Below are positions 62,845 through 64,000 of a DNA stretch of 64,000 nucleotides, piece after piece. The notes beneath the pieces were generated by a model. The model did not search any database. It saw nothing but the letters and a program-made list of their open reading frames with translations, and was not told where the DNA came from. Both the position numbers and the translations under genes were made by a program. This DNA comes from Octopus bimaculoides. Its lineage: Eukaryota. The stretch spans positions 78,489,043-78,553,042 of the forward strand of contig NC_068983.1 in NCBI RefSeq assembly GCF_001194135.2. The letters run 5' to 3'. Every line of letters begins with the position of its first letter. Positions within the stretch are counted from its first letter, which is position 1.

Positions 62845-63149
62845 AGTATTTGATAAGATTTACTGTTATCTTTACTATCAAACTAGTGCTTTGGATCCAA
62901 CTTAACAAAATTTTCTTACATAAAATGTTGACAGGGTGTTTAAATTTACATGTAACTATTTAGAATGTATAGTTTTTGCATCATAAAAACCAGGGGAAGT
63001 CTAAAGCAGTTTAGTATTAAAATAGTTAATAGGTTGAACAGCTGACTGAAAGATTAGGAACTGAGCTCAAATCTTAATTCAGCCAATTAATTCTTGCCAA
63101 ATCATATAACTCCTTATTTGTCTCAATCTACTTAACTGACAATAAATAC

Positions 63150-63248
63150 CTGCCACATGTACTCCACAGTTAAGCAGAACCAATGAGGGAGCATTTATAT
63201 CATTTGACTCACAAAAACACAGCAGTCGAATCTCACTCAATTCATACT
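63150..63248 (-). CDS. Candidate exon (EYELSEIRLLCFCESNDINAPSLVLLNCGVHVAG)
   Basis: Acceptor GTGTACTTGATTGCAG, donor GCAG|GTATTT, 99 nt, symmetric phase 1-1, open. Confidence 0.35.
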
Positions 63249-64000
63249 CTGCAATCAAGTACACATTGGATAATGTAATCATGGCCCACTGTGCCATAGA
63301 AAGGAATGATGGTTTGGTCATCACTAAAATGGCTTTGATTATATGTCTGTTTGATTATGTCTAACATGGAACAAACAACAAAAACAACTTCCCAGTTAAA
63401 TGTTTCTAGGAAGGATTGGTAAGTAGTTGTAAAAGATAAAATAAAATAAAAAAAACAATATACTACCCATGTGAATACAGGGAAAAAAACATAAAATAAG
63501 GAAAATAATTTAGCAACTTTTACAATTGAAATAATTTATCCAGAATGTTAAGCTACCTGCATCATGGAAGGCAGGATAGTATATACTAACATTTCTTTTT
63601 CCTTCACTCACATTGAAATAAGCAATGTAACAAACATAGATGAAAATACTCTTGACAAAAGAAAATATATGCATGATATTGTGAATGAACAATAATTCTT
63701 CCTTCATTGCTTGTCACCATGTAATGGCAAATGTGCAAAATATATTTTATTCCTAAATGTTTCTCAGTTCTTTTCATTTTTTAAATGGTTGCATTTTATT
63801 ATTTATTTATCCATTTATTTATTTATTTATTTTTCCAGCTTCCCTGTGGAAGAATTTTGAATTTGTTTCTTGAATTGGGTGATCATTATTTACATTTTCT
63901 ATTCAAGCAAATTTCCATATCCTGAATTTTTATCTCTTGAGATAGTGGTGAATAAATTTTTAGATGATATATCCAGCAAAAATAGAAGGATAAAAATTAT

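Overview
AT-rich eukaryotic genomic DNA with eight assembly gaps. The microsatellite load and SINE families suggest a cephalopod (Octopus-like) scaffold; that assignment is an inference. Most of the window is transposable-element debris. There are at least four short interspersed families: A, tRNA head plus CORE-like body; B, tRNA head plus conserved central domain; C, (GAT)n-tailed; E, another tRNA-headed family. Also present are RTE-clade LINE fragments, a decayed R4/Dong-clade element with its restriction-like endonuclease, a CRE-like 3' fragment, three Penelope-like fragments, three mariner relics, one Tc1-like fragment, TTAA-flanked MITEs, and a near full-length piggyBac with TIRs. A chain of small, splice-site-bounded, phase-compatible open segments on the minus strand suggests the window lies inside the introns of an unidentified host gene (tentative). 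The most notable non-coding structures are a hammerhead-ribozyme core with a ~95-nt hairpin stem II (34245-34370), four decayed relatives with a palindromic GAAAC-AGCT-GTA loop, a ~400-bp fold-back palindrome beside the ribozyme, and a perfect 36-bp inverted repeat. No prokaryotic system, CRISPR array, rRNA or true tRNA gene is supported. Most ORFs in the supplied track are microsatellite or N-run artefacts.
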